Source: Dipteris shenzhenensis
Taxonomy: Eukaryota
Assembly: GCA_047967505.1 (NCBI GenBank)
Contig: CM106538.1
DNA: 64,000 nucleotides
Strand: one strand, 5' to 3'
Part shown: positions 13,621 to 26,982 of the stretch, one piece after another
How positions within the stretch are numbered: the first letter of the stretch is position 1
Layout of the letters: every line of letters begins with the position of its first letter
Notes under the pieces: model-generated
What the model was told of the DNA's origin: nothing
Seen by the model: only the letters and a program-made list of their open reading frames with translations
Database searches by the model: none
Position numbers and translations under genes: made by a program

Positions 13621-14121
13621 ATTGGGATGAGCAGATCAATATATTTTTGAAACTTCCTTATTTTCCAAAGTGCCACAGTCCTTGGCTTGAACTTATATCT
13701 CCTCACTAGAGGAGGCACTCTTTGTCCTTGATGTGGAGGGCCTCTTGTTAGATGTGGAGGCCCTCTTTTTGCTAGACTTGGAGGTGGGTGTCCTCTCCCC
13801 TGTGGGGGTGGACACTGATTCTCTATTCTTGAATAGGTCCTCTGCTTTGTCCTTTGCTATTGCTCTTCCTCATGCTCCTCCTCTGTGCTCTCTAAGCCAT
13901 CGGTCTCTGCATCATGATCCTCTTATGCTTTCCTCTATCCCTCTATATGTGGCCCTCCCCCTTGCTCCCTCTGTGGCCTCCAGAATGGCAGAATGTCATT
14001 TTCTCCCTTTAATGGGGATCTTTGGGGTGAGAGGAGGGGGGATATCACTCTCTGTCTCTGAGTCTAGAGGTGGGTTTTGCTATGCCAATCTCTTTGGTGC
14101 CTTGATCTTGGGACTGGCCAT
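13620..14121 (-). pseudogene. H3: Histone H3-like gene B: long N-tail plus start of the histone fold, truncated
   Basis: Minus strand ~13709-13620 reads LVRRYKFKPRTVALWKIRKFQKYIDLLIPM (cf. H3 [24 protein letters not shown]). ATG at 14121; the tail has stops and a frameshift. Confidence 0.8.
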
Positions 14122-14249
14122 GGAGGATGGAGAGAGTGTGCGAGAGAAAGGGTGAGGGTGCATGAGAAAGGGTGGAAATTTCAGGGGCAAGTGCAGGTGG
14201 TGTGGGAGTAGAGAGCTCTTCAAACAATGAAATGAAAATGAGGGACTAT

Positions 14250-14276
14250 TCTTTTACATAGGGCCCAAAACCCTAA
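14250..14276 (-). promoter_or_regulatory. Telobox + site II + TATA-like promoter of H3-like gene B
   Basis: AAACCCTAA at 14268-14276, TGGGCC on the minus strand at 14262-14267, then TATGTAAAAG (TATATAAAAG in the 3.66-kb copy). Confidence 0.55.
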
Positions 14277-14459
14277 TTTTTAAAAATACTTGTCAATAAA
14301 AACTCTTTTAAAAAATAAAATTGGTGCAACCTTGAGCTAAATAATTATAATTAACATCCAATAACTCAAAATTTTTCATTTGTACTACAATTCATGGCCA
14401 TTATATGTTGGCTTTACTGAAAATTACAAAACTAGAATTACAAAGAAATTCTGAAACTT

Positions 14460-14523
14460 ATGCATGGGCATACAAATTGGAAGAGGCTACACCATCATTT
14501 TCATCTGTCTCCACCCATATGCG
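14460..14523 (-). pseudogene. Extreme C-terminus of RAG1/Transib-like transposase B
   Basis: Joined across the copia TSD it reads ARWHATRHRQGRIWVETDEND, homologous to copy A's TRCWLQARVREGSTWVQ. Confidence 0.65.
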
Positions 14524-17500
14524 TGTTGAGATATCGAGCTCCACTCGTGATATGCCAGGGTGACCGTTGTGCATTTATGTCACCGACTTGTTAGCTACAG
14601 ATGTGGTTGGTACACCGCCCATGAGCTGGATGATAGCTATATTTATGTATTCTAGTTAGTGGCTCAGTTAGTATGCCACCTTAGTTAGCTGAGTTTGGTT
14701 TGAGACCCACATATAGGGTTCACCTATTCTTTTGTACTTAGAGTTCTTTTGGCTTTCACAACTAAGAAGAGGAAAATTGTTTTCAGCCTCCACCTTTGTC
14801 TATATTCCCCCATTGTGTATGTGAGAAAGCTGCAAGTGAGACTCCTTCCTTCTCTCCCACTCTCTTCACATGGTATCAAAGCTCAGTTTGTGGTAAGGAG
14901 CTCAAAAAAGCAAACCAAGTTCGCGGTGTCCTAGTAATAGGATCAGTGTTGCTTTCCTTTTTTTTCAAGTTTGGGAGCAAATCTCTGCAGGTACACAGCC
15001 GGGAAGTGCAAGAGTGCACTATCTTAGATTGGGATGCCCTTCATGGTGTGGCGAGAGGGTAGTATATGCTATGGGTAAGAGCGAAGCCCTTAGTGAAATT
15101 ATTTTTTCGATTCGAGGCCATTTCAGGGCCCGTTTTGGTGGTGGAAGTTTTCCACAAGCACTCAAGAAAGTGCCATGTTTTTTATGTGCGACCATTGTTC
15201 TGCAGGTCGGTGAAAAGTTATCGTAAAAATTACATCGTATGCATGTGCGCAAAGATATTGGGAGTGACATAATCATTCTTATTGCTTGTTGATGCATAAT
15301 CGTCACTAGGAAGTGACTGTGTGGTCAAATACCACTCTCGTTAGTTTTGCGGATTAGCCCTTGTGAGGCAGAAGTTGTGTTTTTTTGCAGTGATAGAATA
15401 TTTTGTAGTGTTCTGTAATGGCTTTTGATGCTCTTTCACAGATTGTCACTGAAAAGCTTGACAAGAACAACTTCCAAGCATGGAAGTTTAGAATGATGAA
15501 TTTTCTTAAGGGAAAAGGCTACTGGGAGTTCATTACTAGAGCTAAACAAGAACCAGTTATTCCTAATGTTCCCAATCAACAGGAGTTGCAAGCATTTAAA
15601 GGCTGGCATGAGAGAGCCAGAAAAGTTATGTATTGGCTGTCTATCAGTATTTCAGATTCTATGATTGTGCATATTCAAGATGCAAGCATGTCGAAGGAGG
15701 CATGGGATACTTTGACAAAAATGTAAAGTGCAAATACGCAAGCCAGGAAAATGCAACTCAAGCAAGAGTTGCATAATGTGCAGAGAGAAAATATGAGCAT
15801 CAATGACTACCACATGAAGGTGAAGAAGATTGCAGATGCACTTGCTTCTATTGGGTCGCTAGTGGAAGATGATGATTTAGTTTCTATGACCTTGAATGGT
15901 CTAGGAAAGGATTATGCACAATTCCGGACATCCATTGTCGTCCGTGAGAATTTTCTTGATTTTGAGAAGTTGATTGCTCTTCTAATTTCTGAAGAGCAGA
16001 GAAATGGTGGTGCATCTTCTTCAGGAGAAACTTCAAAACAAGCTGTCTTCTACTCAAATGCTGGAAGAGGTAGAGGCAGAGGTAGAGCAGCCCGATTTGG
16101 AGGCCATCGAAAAAATCAGAATATGCAGCAAATTCAAGAAAACCAGTCCTATGGAGGAGGACGTGGTAACTTTAGAGGCAGGGGGAGCCAAAGAGGTCGT
16201 GGTGGATGGTAGAGAGGCCAAAATGCAAACAACAATGTTGAATGCTACTACTATGGTAAAATGGGTCATATGGTTAAAGACCACTATAAAAAGCAGAATG
16301 ACATCATGACTGGAAACTTGCAGCAAGGCAATTATGCATCCTCTGGTAGACAAGGTGATGACAGAAATGAGCATCTGTTTATGGTGCAGCACATGACCAA
16401 TTCTGTGACAAGTGCAGAAGAAAGCAATGATGTGTGGTAAGCTGACTCAAGTGCATCAAACCACATGACAGGTCATGCGGAATGGATGCAGGATGCAAGG
16501 ACAATGAAAAGACCAGAATTTGTGGAGACTGGTGATGATACTACACATCCTATTGTGTAGATTGGTAAAATTCCTTTGTATATGCAGGATGGAAAAAAGA
16601 AATACCTGTATGATGTATTTCATGTCCCAAATATCACCAAGAACCTGGTTTCTATTGGTCAAGTGGTTGAGCAGGGCTTGCAGGTCAGATTTAATCCTCA
16701 TGGATGCTTTGTTGAGGATATGAAAAAGAAAGGTCACTTGATAGCAAAAGGGAAGAAGAAGGGCAGGATGTTTACATTGGATGCCAACATGCCTGAATTG
16801 AGTGTAGTAATGTTTGCACATGGGACTGGTGTAGTTGCAGATATTGATATCTGGCATAAACGCATTGGTCATGTTAATGTACAGTGACTTAAATTAATGC
16901 AGGCCCAAAATATTATTGCAGGATTGCCTAAGTTCAAGGTTGCAGAATTGGATGAAACAGGCAAGGAAACCATTTCCTAGACATGTTCAAGAGAGTAAGA
17001 GGCCATTGGAATTAATCCACTCTGATGTGTGGACTACTAAAGCTACATCTATTGGAGGCTGTCATTATTTTATCACTTTTATTGATGACTACAGCAGAAA
17101 AGTTTGGGTGTATTTTATGAAAAAGAAAGGTGAAGTGTTTGGGAATTTCAAAGCTTTTAAAGCTATGGTTGAAAAAGAAACATGCCTGCAAACAAAATGC
17201 CTAAGGTCAGATGGAGGGGGAGAGTACCTCTCAAATAAGTTTGCAAGGTTCCTGTAGGAGCATGGCATAAAGCAGCAATATTCATGCAGTCATACCCCAC
17301 AGCAAAATGGACTTTCAGAAAGGAAAAACAGGCATATTGGAGAGGTATCTTGTGCCATGCTCAATGAAAAAGACCTCCCAAATTATTATTGGGCTGAAGC
17401 AGTTGCTACAGCAGTCTACATAATGAACAGGACTCCCACTGTAGCAATACATGGCATGATGCCAAAGGAGAGGTATACTGATAGGAAACCAGATATTTCT

Positions 17501-20053
17501 CATTTGAAAGTTTTTGGTTGCATTGTCTATGTTCATGTGCCAGATGAGTTGAGATCCAAGTTGGATCCAAAAGCTGAGAAGTGCATCTTTATTGGTTATT
17601 CTCTGCAGTAGAAAGGGTATAGATGCTATAACCCTTCTACTAGTAAGTTTACAGTGAACAGAGATGTTTTTGATGATATGAGCAGCTGGTATAAACCAAT
17701 AAATGTGATTGATGATGTAGATGCACAAAATGGTAATGCTGCACAGAATTCACAACAGTAATCACAAAATATTAGTGGACATGTAGTGTCCTCTAGCAGT
17801 GGTTCACATACTTTGCCATGGACAGGCAGATTGAGATCAAGAGGATCTCCTTAAAGCAATGTAGATAGTGGTGTGCAAGTATCATGAAAAGGAAAAGAGA
17901 AAGTAGATCAGCCCATGGTTGATGTGAATGCAGGCCACTCTTATGTGGATGGTGGATCCAGTGGCTCAAAATAGAGCCTTGATGATGAGTTGGATATTCC
18001 TTCTGTTGTTACACCTGGAGTAAGGAAGACAAGGGATGTTTTGAGGGCACCTAGTAGTGAGCCTATTTTGCGCAGGTCTACCAGAGCTAGTTATCCTATG
18101 GATGGGCTGAAATATGATGGATTTACAGCCATCCTCGCTATGCCTATATGGTCAAAGTGATACATGAACCAGAACCCACTTCTTTTGAGCAAGCCATGGA
18201 AAAAGAAAAATGGGAGAAAGCCATGGATGAAGAAATGGATGCTTTGGAAGCAAATGCTACATGGGAATTGGTGCCTTTGCCTAAAGACAAGAATGCAATT
18301 GGCTGCAAGTGGGTTTATAAGGTGAAGCACAATGCAGATGGTTTTGTGAACAGATACAAGGCAAGAGTAGTTGTCAAGGGGTATGCACAGACATATGGCA
18401 TTGATTATGAAGAAACATTCAATCCGGTTGCAAGGATGGCAACTGTAAGAGTAGTCATTGCTATGGCTGCATCAAAGGGATGGTCTTTAGATCAGATGGA
18501 TGTAAAGAATGCTTTCTTGCATGGTGATCTACGAGAAGAGGTCTATATGGAGCAGCCACTAGGTTATGTTCATGCTGTTCATCCTGAGTTTGTTTGCAGG
18601 TTGAAGAAAGCCTTGTATGGCTTGAAGCAAGCACCCAGAGCATGGTCTCACAAGATAGGAGAGTATCTTGTCACTATTGGCTTTTAGATTTCCAAGGCAG
18701 ATTTCTCACTTTATGTGAGAAAAACAGAGAAAGGCGTTATGCTGCTTGTCATTTATGTTGATGATTTGATCATCACAGGTGATAGTAATGAAGATATCCT
18801 TCATGTGAAAATGCTATTAAAGCAGAAGTTTGAGATGAAGGATTTGGGAGAGCTACATTACTTCTGGGGCATTGAGGTGATTAGATCCACAAGTGGGATA
18901 TGGCTCTTACAGAGGCAGTATGGATTGGATATGCTATCCAAATATGGGATGACAAGCTGTAAGCCTATTTCAGTTCCTTTGGACTAGAATGTGAAGTTGA
19001 GCACAGATGCAGGTGAGCTTCTAGAAGGCCCTACTATGTACAGACGCATAGTAGGAAGTTTGATTTATATGACTATTCCAAGGCCAGATTTGAGCTATGT
19101 TGTTGGGTTAGTAAGTTTATGCAGGCTCCAAGGAAACCACATTTGGATGCGGCTAGATGCATACTAAGGTATGTGAAGTCCACATTGCAGTATGGACTAT
19201 TTTATGAGACTGGGGTTCAGATACAGTTGCATGGATACACTGATTGGGCTAGTAGTATTTTTTATAGACGATCTACCAGTGGATATGTGTTCTCTTTTAG
19301 GAGTGCTGTAGTCACTTAGAGTAGCAAGAAACAGTTGCCTTGTTGAGTGAGCACAGAGGCTGAGTACAGGGGTGCAACAATGGCTACATGTGAGGCATCT
19401 TGGCTGCATAAGCTACTTTGTGATATGCATCAATCTACAAATGGGCCAGTTGTCATTCATTATGACAACATGAGCAGTATATACTTGGCAAATAACCCAC
19501 TCTATCATGCTAGAACAAAGCACATTGAGGTGCATTATCACTATGTGCGGGAGAAGGTTCTAGTAGGTCTTATTGATCTAGTTTATGTCAGCACAGAGGA
19601 TCAGGTAGCTGACATATTCACGAAGGCATTGGGCACAGAGAAGCTATGCAAGTTCAAAGACCTGCTTGGTGCAGGAATTGGGATTGAGCTCGAGGGGGAG
19701 TGTTGAGATATCAAGCTCCACTTGTGATATGCCAGGGTGACCATTGTGCATTTATGTCACCGACTTGTTAGCTGCAGATGCGGTTGGTACACCGCCCATG
19801 AATAATAGCTAGATGACAGCTATCTTCATGTACTCTAGTTAGTGCCTCAGTTAATATGCCACCTTAGTTAGCTGAGTTTGGTTTGAGACCCACATATAGG
19901 GTTCACCTATTCTTTTGTACTTAAAGTTCTTTTGGCTTTCACAACTAAGAAGAGGAAAACTATTTTCAGCCTCCACCCTTGTGTATATTCCCCCATTGTG
20001 TTTGTGAGAAAGCTGCAAGTGAGGCTCCTTCCTTCTCTCCCACTCTCTTCACA
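14524..20053 (+). mobile_element. Full-length Ty1/copia LTR retrotransposon (degenerate)
   Basis: LTRs at 14524-14870 and 19701-20053 (TG...CA), TSD ATGCG, PBS TGGTATCAAAGC at 14871 and PPT GAGGGGGAG at 19692-19700. Confidence 0.97.
15418..19700 (+). pseudogene. copia gag-protease-integrase-RT-RNaseH polyprotein with stops and frameshifts
   Basis: KLDKNNFQAWKF gag, WHKRIGH, LELIHSDVW, LRSDGGGEY, QMDVKNAFLHG, YVDD, RTKHIEVHYHYVRE and ADIFTKAL. Confidence 0.97.
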
Positions 20054-20404
20054 ATGCGCCCTTGTCTATGACGGGTTGCATGCCACCTTGCATGATTCTA
20101 TCTTGCATTTGATGACTTGTATATATTTGTTCAACATTTTGCATTGCATGGGACACTAAGGACTTTTTGAATGATAGTGTTGTAGTTGCTCGTCTTTTGA
20201 TATGCATGTACCACCATTGAACCAATGAGGAACCAATTGAACCATTGGGCTTGACTTAGTTCTACCATCCCATGTTGGGTCACTCTTTTATATGCACAAG
20301 GTGCTTGCCAATGCAATCTTTCCATGCCGCCCTGACTGGTTGGACCACACTCTAATGCTTCCACATTTTCATGCCATGTATGGTGCATGAGCATATAAAA
20401 TATT
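20054..20404 (-). pseudogene. Last exon of RAG1/Transib-like transposase B (His-x4-His region and catalytic Glu)
   Basis: Reads (N)ILYAHAPYMA*KCGSIRVWSNQ/GMERLHWQA…TQHG, matching copy A's HILYAHRPWFVQNWGPLSIWNTQGIEKSHYRA…SRHG. Confidence 0.8.
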
Positions 20405-20719
20405 TTGCCAAATAGAAAAACAAATGAGTAATTATAGGACCATTCAATATGCACATTTCACTCAGGGGGGTCACTCGTCATATGTAACCCTGTCACGTGA
20501 GTTCAACAGATGGGTTTTTATTAATTCAATTACTTACAGATTTATATATACATAAGGAAGTAGTTTAATACCCAAAGGTTAATATACAGAAGGGCGTTTT
20601 ATATTAAAAATTTTCTAGAAGCTTGCATCATGTGACATGGATATTTGCGTAGAGTGGCTTATGTCATGGGACATTTTGAAATGCTATTACTAGCATTTTC
20701 CTTTTGAAATGAGTAAGCA

Positions 20720-20980
20720 CTCCTCTTGCATTTTCTTGAATTCTAGAGAATTCTAAAAACCTTTTCTCTCTTTATTGCTCTTTTTGTCCTTTGCATTAGG
20801 ATGAGATTAGGATACCATGCTTTCTTGAATTCTAGAGAATTCTAAAAACATTTTCTCTCTTTATTGCTCTTTTTGGCCTTTGCATTAGGATGAGATTATG
20901 ATGCTATGATTTTCTCTCTTTATTGCTCTTTTTCGGCCTTTTCATTAGGATGAGATTAGGATGCTATGCTTTCTTGCATA
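20720..20980 (+). repeat. Short tandem repeat (2-3 copies, ~60-90 bp) inside the P-like element
   Basis: TTTTCTCTCTTTATTGCTCTTTTT…TTGCATTAGGATGAGATTA occurs three times. Confidence 0.8.
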
Positions 20981-23342
20981 CATTGATCTCTAATCTTGAT
21001 GAACACCATTAATTTTGAATTTGTTTTTTGAAGTTTTTTTATCTCGTTACTCTCTTTTTTTTTCTTTCTATCCACAGAGGGATTGCATTGAATCAATGGT
21101 GGAGGAGTATTTTTGAAGTTGATGCCTCTTATATTTGATTTTCTTTAGTTCTACTCAGTCTATTTAGCACTGCCTTTGTAAAGATCCTTCAGGCTCTCAA
21201 ACAATTGATCTATTATTTAAAAAAGGATAGATAGTGGAGATCCACTTCTATAATTAAATTAACCACAATGTTCTGACATAAGATTCCGATTAACACAATG
21301 TATAGTAATAATGAAACTAGCATAATTTAACAAGTAGCTAACCTAATGTACACAGGGTCGAGGGGCACAAGGAAACTTTTTTGAGCCACCTCCCTTTCAC
21401 CATAGCTAGGAATCTTGGTGGATAGCAGGGCAACCACATGGCTAGGCAAGTTGAAGCAATGGATGAGGAGAGGTCGGTGTAGGGCAGAGAGCAAATGCTC
21501 GCCAGGAGGGCTACTATTTCCATGAGGCAAGGGGAGGCACAAGGCATTGCTAGGAGGACTCGAACAGAGTGGGGCAAAGGAGGCCAAGGGGCATCCATCA
21601 TGGTTATATGCCTATGAAAGGGGAAAATAATTTTCACAAATATTTGGTGTGCGTGGAAACTATGTAAAATATGCATTGGTCCACTGTACTTTTGGCCATC
21701 AATCTGCTATTGCCTCGTCAAGATTTTTAATTCTTGACATTGATTCCACCCATTACAAGCTATGGATCTTATGGGGTGGAATCTACATTTGCTAAATGCC
21801 TACATCTCCATCCTCTTCCCTCTATTGTCTCTACACCAATGACAATGCGACTCTTGTGTTCAGAATCTATCTGCCATCATCGATCACAAAGTTTCATTTC
21901 TTTGGCTAGTCCCTAGCACCCATTGCTCTACAAGAGACCTTTGTCTCACCCTGTCCTACTCCTTCCCCTCCTCCTCTTTTGTAGTGTGCCTCGTCCCCGA
22001 CCTAGCGTAGAGCAATGAGAGGGAGCTTGATCTGCTCTTGGCTAGAGAGGTAGCCACTGTTGCAAGGCTCAATGTTGCCTCATTTGGAGCCTTGATGCTT
22101 CCCTGATGGGCATCACAGCAATATCTACTAACTCAAATCATTAGTCATGCCTTTTAATAGAACACCATTGTAACACATAAAATTAAGCATACTAACCAAA
22201 ACATCCTAAATGACATGCCAAAATCCCTTATAAAATTCAACAATGATGCCATCTTGTTTTAGAATGTTCTCACAAGTCCTCTCCCATTCACTATCAACCA
22301 TAGGGGAAGAATTGTCAAGGATGCAATCGCAAAATCAATCCAACCATGATGTTTAGGTTGTGCAAGCTCTCTATAGGTTGTGAAGGTGATAGCTCATGCA
22401 ATCTTATCTTAATCTTGCTAAATCTTAGGAAGATGGCAGAGGATTAGGAGGGGATCTCAAAAGCAGTAGCCCATTAAAGGCGCCAGCTCCTTCTCCCCCA
22501 TCCTCCACGATCCCCTCTTGCTAAATCAACACCCTCTCAGTTCTTCATCTTCCTCGCCATCTCCTTCCCCTCTTGTAGCCCCCATCAACAGCCCAAAAGC
22601 GGAAGAGCTTCAAGATTGGCATGGCAGTCGGGAGCAGAAAACTAGGTCTGTAAATTCTGGCAAAAAGTTTTGACGGTTCGCTCACCGAGTTATTTGTCCA
22701 CATGGTAAATCATGAATGGTCTTCGCTTCACCTTAATCTTGCACTTAGGTATTAAAATAACATGCGGTCTTTCTTACTTTCTCATCCGTTTGAAGGACCT
22801 GTGCAGATTATTTGACTACGTGATTGACATGCTCGGAAGCGGCGTGCAATGGTCATGGTATACAGCACAATTTGCCAGAAAACATAGTAGGCTTGTTTGA
22901 TGCAGATTTCTGTTTTCACTGGTTTGAATGGTGCGCTCGAAGGCCACCTCATGATTTCTTCTTATCCGAATCTGCGCCTGGTACGTCATTGTCCTTTACA
23001 GTCTTTTATGCCCAGCGTCCCCATTTTTCTTCAAAATGAGGCTAGCTGCTACCTCCTAGTTGCTGTTCCAGTTTTCTGTATTGAGAACCATTGCTTCATT
23101 TTCCAAACTTCAGACCGCCGGGCTCTCTCTGGAGCTAGCTGGTGGCTCCTTAAGCTGTTTGATGCAATCTGGGTCTATTGATTTTGGAAGAACTGTTGGT
23201 CGATGAGATTTTGATGCATTGGTAAAAGGGAAGATATTCTTTGCTGGAATTCGTCAGTTAGAGCAGAAGATTTCCCAACACGTTCAGGCAGTAGCTCAGA
23301 CAAGGCCATGTCTGTCGTCTACTTGAATCGTCTGCTTGAATC

Positions 23343-23760
23343 ATGGGCCGAGGTGCAGCGGATAGAAGTGCCCAGATAATGGATCGACGGAATACGGAGG
23401 CAGTACCAAGAAGGCCTCCCAATGTGGAAGGGACCAGGCATCTTAGTGCATACAGAAGGGATAACAGCATGCAAAGGCGCGCTGAAGCAGAAGAAGAGGC
23501 AACTAACATTGATCTCGACCCAGTGAAGATGCTCGAGAAGGGTTTGCCAGGGACTTTCCAAGCTATTATCAAGGACGTAATTCCTGTGGGTTATTTTCTA
23601 ACTATGCCTAATGGCAGAGAAGCTTACCTTCTAGCTACAGACTTAGGTTTTATGGGTGGTGTGGTCATTCTAGAGAGGTTGTACAAGGTAGGGCAAGAAC
23701 TAACTGTTTGAATCACAAAGGTGACACCGAAACGTGATATATTGAGAAGACTTCTCCTCT
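23343..23760 (+). pseudogene. Captured S1/OB-fold RNA-binding-domain gene fragment
   Basis: FQAIIKDVIPVGYFLTMPNGREAYLLATDL…LYKVGQELTV*ITKVTPKRDIL fits the S1 pattern (G-F-v-l…G-Eg-l…ykvGqev-v-i). Confidence 0.6.
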
Positions 23761-24485
23761 ATGTGTGTGAGAGAGAACTAGTATTTGTATATTGACTGCA
23801 AGCATAAAACAAGGAGAGAGCTTCGACTAAAGACAATGAAGCTGAGGCCAACTAAAAAGCCAAAGCAACAAAGGTCAACTAGCTGGCCAAACCATCTCCA
23901 ATACATTGGTAGCTTCCAAATCTATCTTTGACGACTAGCGTAGTAGCAATGACCTCTCCAACTACTCTTAGTAGCGCCTATGACCTACAATGAGCCTAGG
24001 CTCTCGGCAACTTCTGTGACCTACCTAGTCTTCAAGTTGCAACAACTACAAGAGACTCTATCACACCTCCATGACTAACTTCACCGCCAACCTCCACGGA
24101 CTCCAACGACTAGTAGATGATGGTGCTCCACCCTAGCTCACAATAGCTCCATCTACAAAGCAAGCTCCAGCCCATGAGTCTTGTTTTCTTCTTGACATCT
24201 CTAGTTTCTGAGGGAAGGAGCTACTCTTCTACTTTGTTTCGTTGTAGATTCACCCTTTGGAGTCGCTGCGAGGGGTTAGCTCTCCTTCACCTTCATCCTG
24301 AGACTTATTCTTTTCTTTCCCTATTTTCAGCAAGCCTTGGTAGGCAGTGGTTAGCAAGTGAGGTTTGACTGGTCGGTCTTCATGCCCGATTAGTTTGTTT
24401 TCTTAGTGCAACCTAACTAGGAATGGCAAAATTGCATGATCTGTCTTTGAAACTCTACAATTAGAAAGCCCCAAATTCTTAACTG

Positions 24486-26001
24486 GATGCTTTTTCTATC
24501 GACAAGCATATGCTAAGGGAGGGAGACATTAGGTGAGATGACCGCCAAAATTGGGCTGGAGCTCAAAGAATATGCAGTAGACAAGTGCAATGGTGCTTGG
24601 GAGAATTGGCAAACAATGGAATTCATAGAAAAGAGAGGAGCATGCTAGGAACACAAGCTTATCTTGAAATTGCTGGAGACTACATCGACATCTTCTTATC
24701 TCCACATTTGAATCTTGTGGATCGAGTCTATCTTGCGGGCAAAGTCTCTTTTTTCTTTCAAATTTGGAGGTCTTGGATTGTTCATCATGCCAACTATACG
24801 TTGAATAGAAACTTCATAACTAAGGAAGCTTTCTTAGATGTGCAACTCTCATGCCATTTTGTGGTCCTACTGATCAAGTACTTTAGAGAATTTTATCCAG
24901 GCCTAAGGTGTCCTTTACATCTTACAGGTTCAGATGCAGTTGAAATCTTCTTCAGCAAGATTGGAAGCATGGTGGGACAAGAACGCGCTTATGACTTGAT
25001 GGATATGCTACATAGTGCAGGTAGTATGAATAGGCTTGCACACTTTGAATGCAAACAAGATAGTCCTCTATTTACAAGGGCACATAAGAAGAAAGAACAT
25101 GTCTGGAGAGAATTGAATCTCAAAGAGAACATGCGAGAAGCTAATCTAGGGGACTATGAGTGTTTGTCAACTGATGATAAAATCATCGAAGAATTGAAGA
25201 AGGGACTAAAAAGTGCTCAAGAAAGGTGTGAAAGTTTGCATATGAAGCCAAAGGGTGAGAATATGAAGTGGTGGATGGAACCTTGGTCAAATGGATTTGC
25301 AGATGCATATTCACAAGAATCTGATTCTGAAGAAGAAGACCAATGTCAAGCAAATCATGTGTCAGAAATAGATGATAATGACAACGATGCCTCCATAAGT
25401 GAAATCAAACATGTGGTGGATTCTCTCCTAGATGAACAAGAAGCAGTGAGCCCAGTTGTTACCATTGATGGTAAAACTCTCTTCAAGTCCACATTGGTAA
25501 GCCAACTTAATGGAAATCCCACACTCTCTAAAGATAGACTCACAAGGGTTCGCCAAGGAGTATACTACTCTAAGGAAGATATACCTCTTGCTACATCAAA
25601 TGAGAACCTATTTGGATTGTGCCATATTCTTTCATGAAGAACACAAAACAAGGAAAAGCAAAAGGAAATGCAATCCAAGATCTTTGCAAAAAAAGAAAAC
25701 ACAAGCTATATGGTACCTTGGATGAGTTCAAAAAATGAGAAGAAAGGTTGGTGGGGGGTATGTGGAATATAAAAGAGGGTTCAACCTTTCAGATAGACAT
25801 TTTGGAGTAGAAGTCTAGCTTGGGTGGTATCAAAAGGCAAAAGGTTCAAGATGCTTCACATATGACCTTACAGACCTTGACATGATAAATATTGAGAGCA
25901 TAATTGCATTGGCAAACCTCACCTATGAGGGTAATAGCAATAAGTATACTTTAGATGAGAATGATTGGAATGTATTCAATGACTTTGTAAAGGGGCATTA
26001 A
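24486..26001 (+). pseudogene. P-element/THAP9-like transposase, C-terminal half (insertion domain and catalytic Glu); N-terminus missing
   Basis: HMLREGDIR*DDRQNWAGAQRICSRQVQWCL, GTQAYL, FFQIWRSW, NFITKEAF and GSDAVEIFFSKI (cf. P 'QD-LE-FFS-IR'). 350-aa open stretch at 24585-25637. Confidence 0.75.
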
Positions 26002-26982
26002 ACGCACTTGGTAGGGGCTTCTTTGTAATCTTTCTAATATGATAAATGCTTTATTACGATTATTACTATGCGCTGAGTTTAGTTTGACTTGTCTTGATGG
26101 ATTTTTTAAATTATTTTTTTGCAGGATCTTGAATCACAGAAGTGGATGATTTGCAACCGCCTGGGTACTTTTGTTTATATGAATGCCATTAAGCAAGTTT
26201 GAAAATGCTATTTTGGCATCGGGTACAACAAGATGTTGTATGAATGTAGCCTCTATGGTTTTAATACCATGGTTTGATATGACTTAGTAGATGTTTGTAT
26301 TTGGCAAGAAATAAATATTATATGAATGCTTTGTAAAATTGGCTAATCTATCATCCCTTCTCCTAGCTGAATCACCCATACATATGGTTTTGTAAAAAAT
26401 GGAAAGATATAAAGCATTTATAAAAGCTCCCAATCTTTCATGTAGTATTTTTATAAAGGTTGTTTCTTGAGCTCTTTACGTGTTTCAAGTGACTTTGCAC
26501 AATTCTTTGCTCTTGGTGTATGGCACACATGATTTGTCTTGTTTGATATTTGTTCCTCTTAATTTTTGCACAATAGTCTTTATTCTTTGTTTCTCTTGCC
26601 TTATGGCATCATCAAGACACAAACCCATCTTAAACTTATGCATTGCCCATTATTGCAGTCGGTACCTCAATTTTTTGTGTGTAGATTCAAATAATGCAGG
26701 TGATGTAGAGATCTTGCATTCTAAATATCTCATCCTGCCTAAAGGGACTCCAAAAGTAGTAGTGTATGACTCACATAAGGACTTTTAAAATTCCTCTAGG
26801 AAAATAAATATACTTACAGAAGGGGATTTATAAAATTTCCCAAAATTTACAGAGGGGATACTAGGAAATACTACAAATAGGTTACATAGGGATTTAGAAA
26901 AGAACCCTTGAACGCACGTGATATAGACATATTACACTAAGTGACCCCCCCGAGACATTTCAATGTCCAAGTTAGAGATTAC

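Larger units (their letters stand above)
20461..26954 (+). mobile_element. 6.5-kb P-superfamily-like DNA transposon with cargo
   Basis: TIR CTCAGGGGGGTCACT...AGTGACCCCCCCGAG and a perfect 8-bp TSD ACATTTCA. The ends match those of the MITEs at 8088 and 47645, and there is an internal transposase. Confidence 0.92.
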
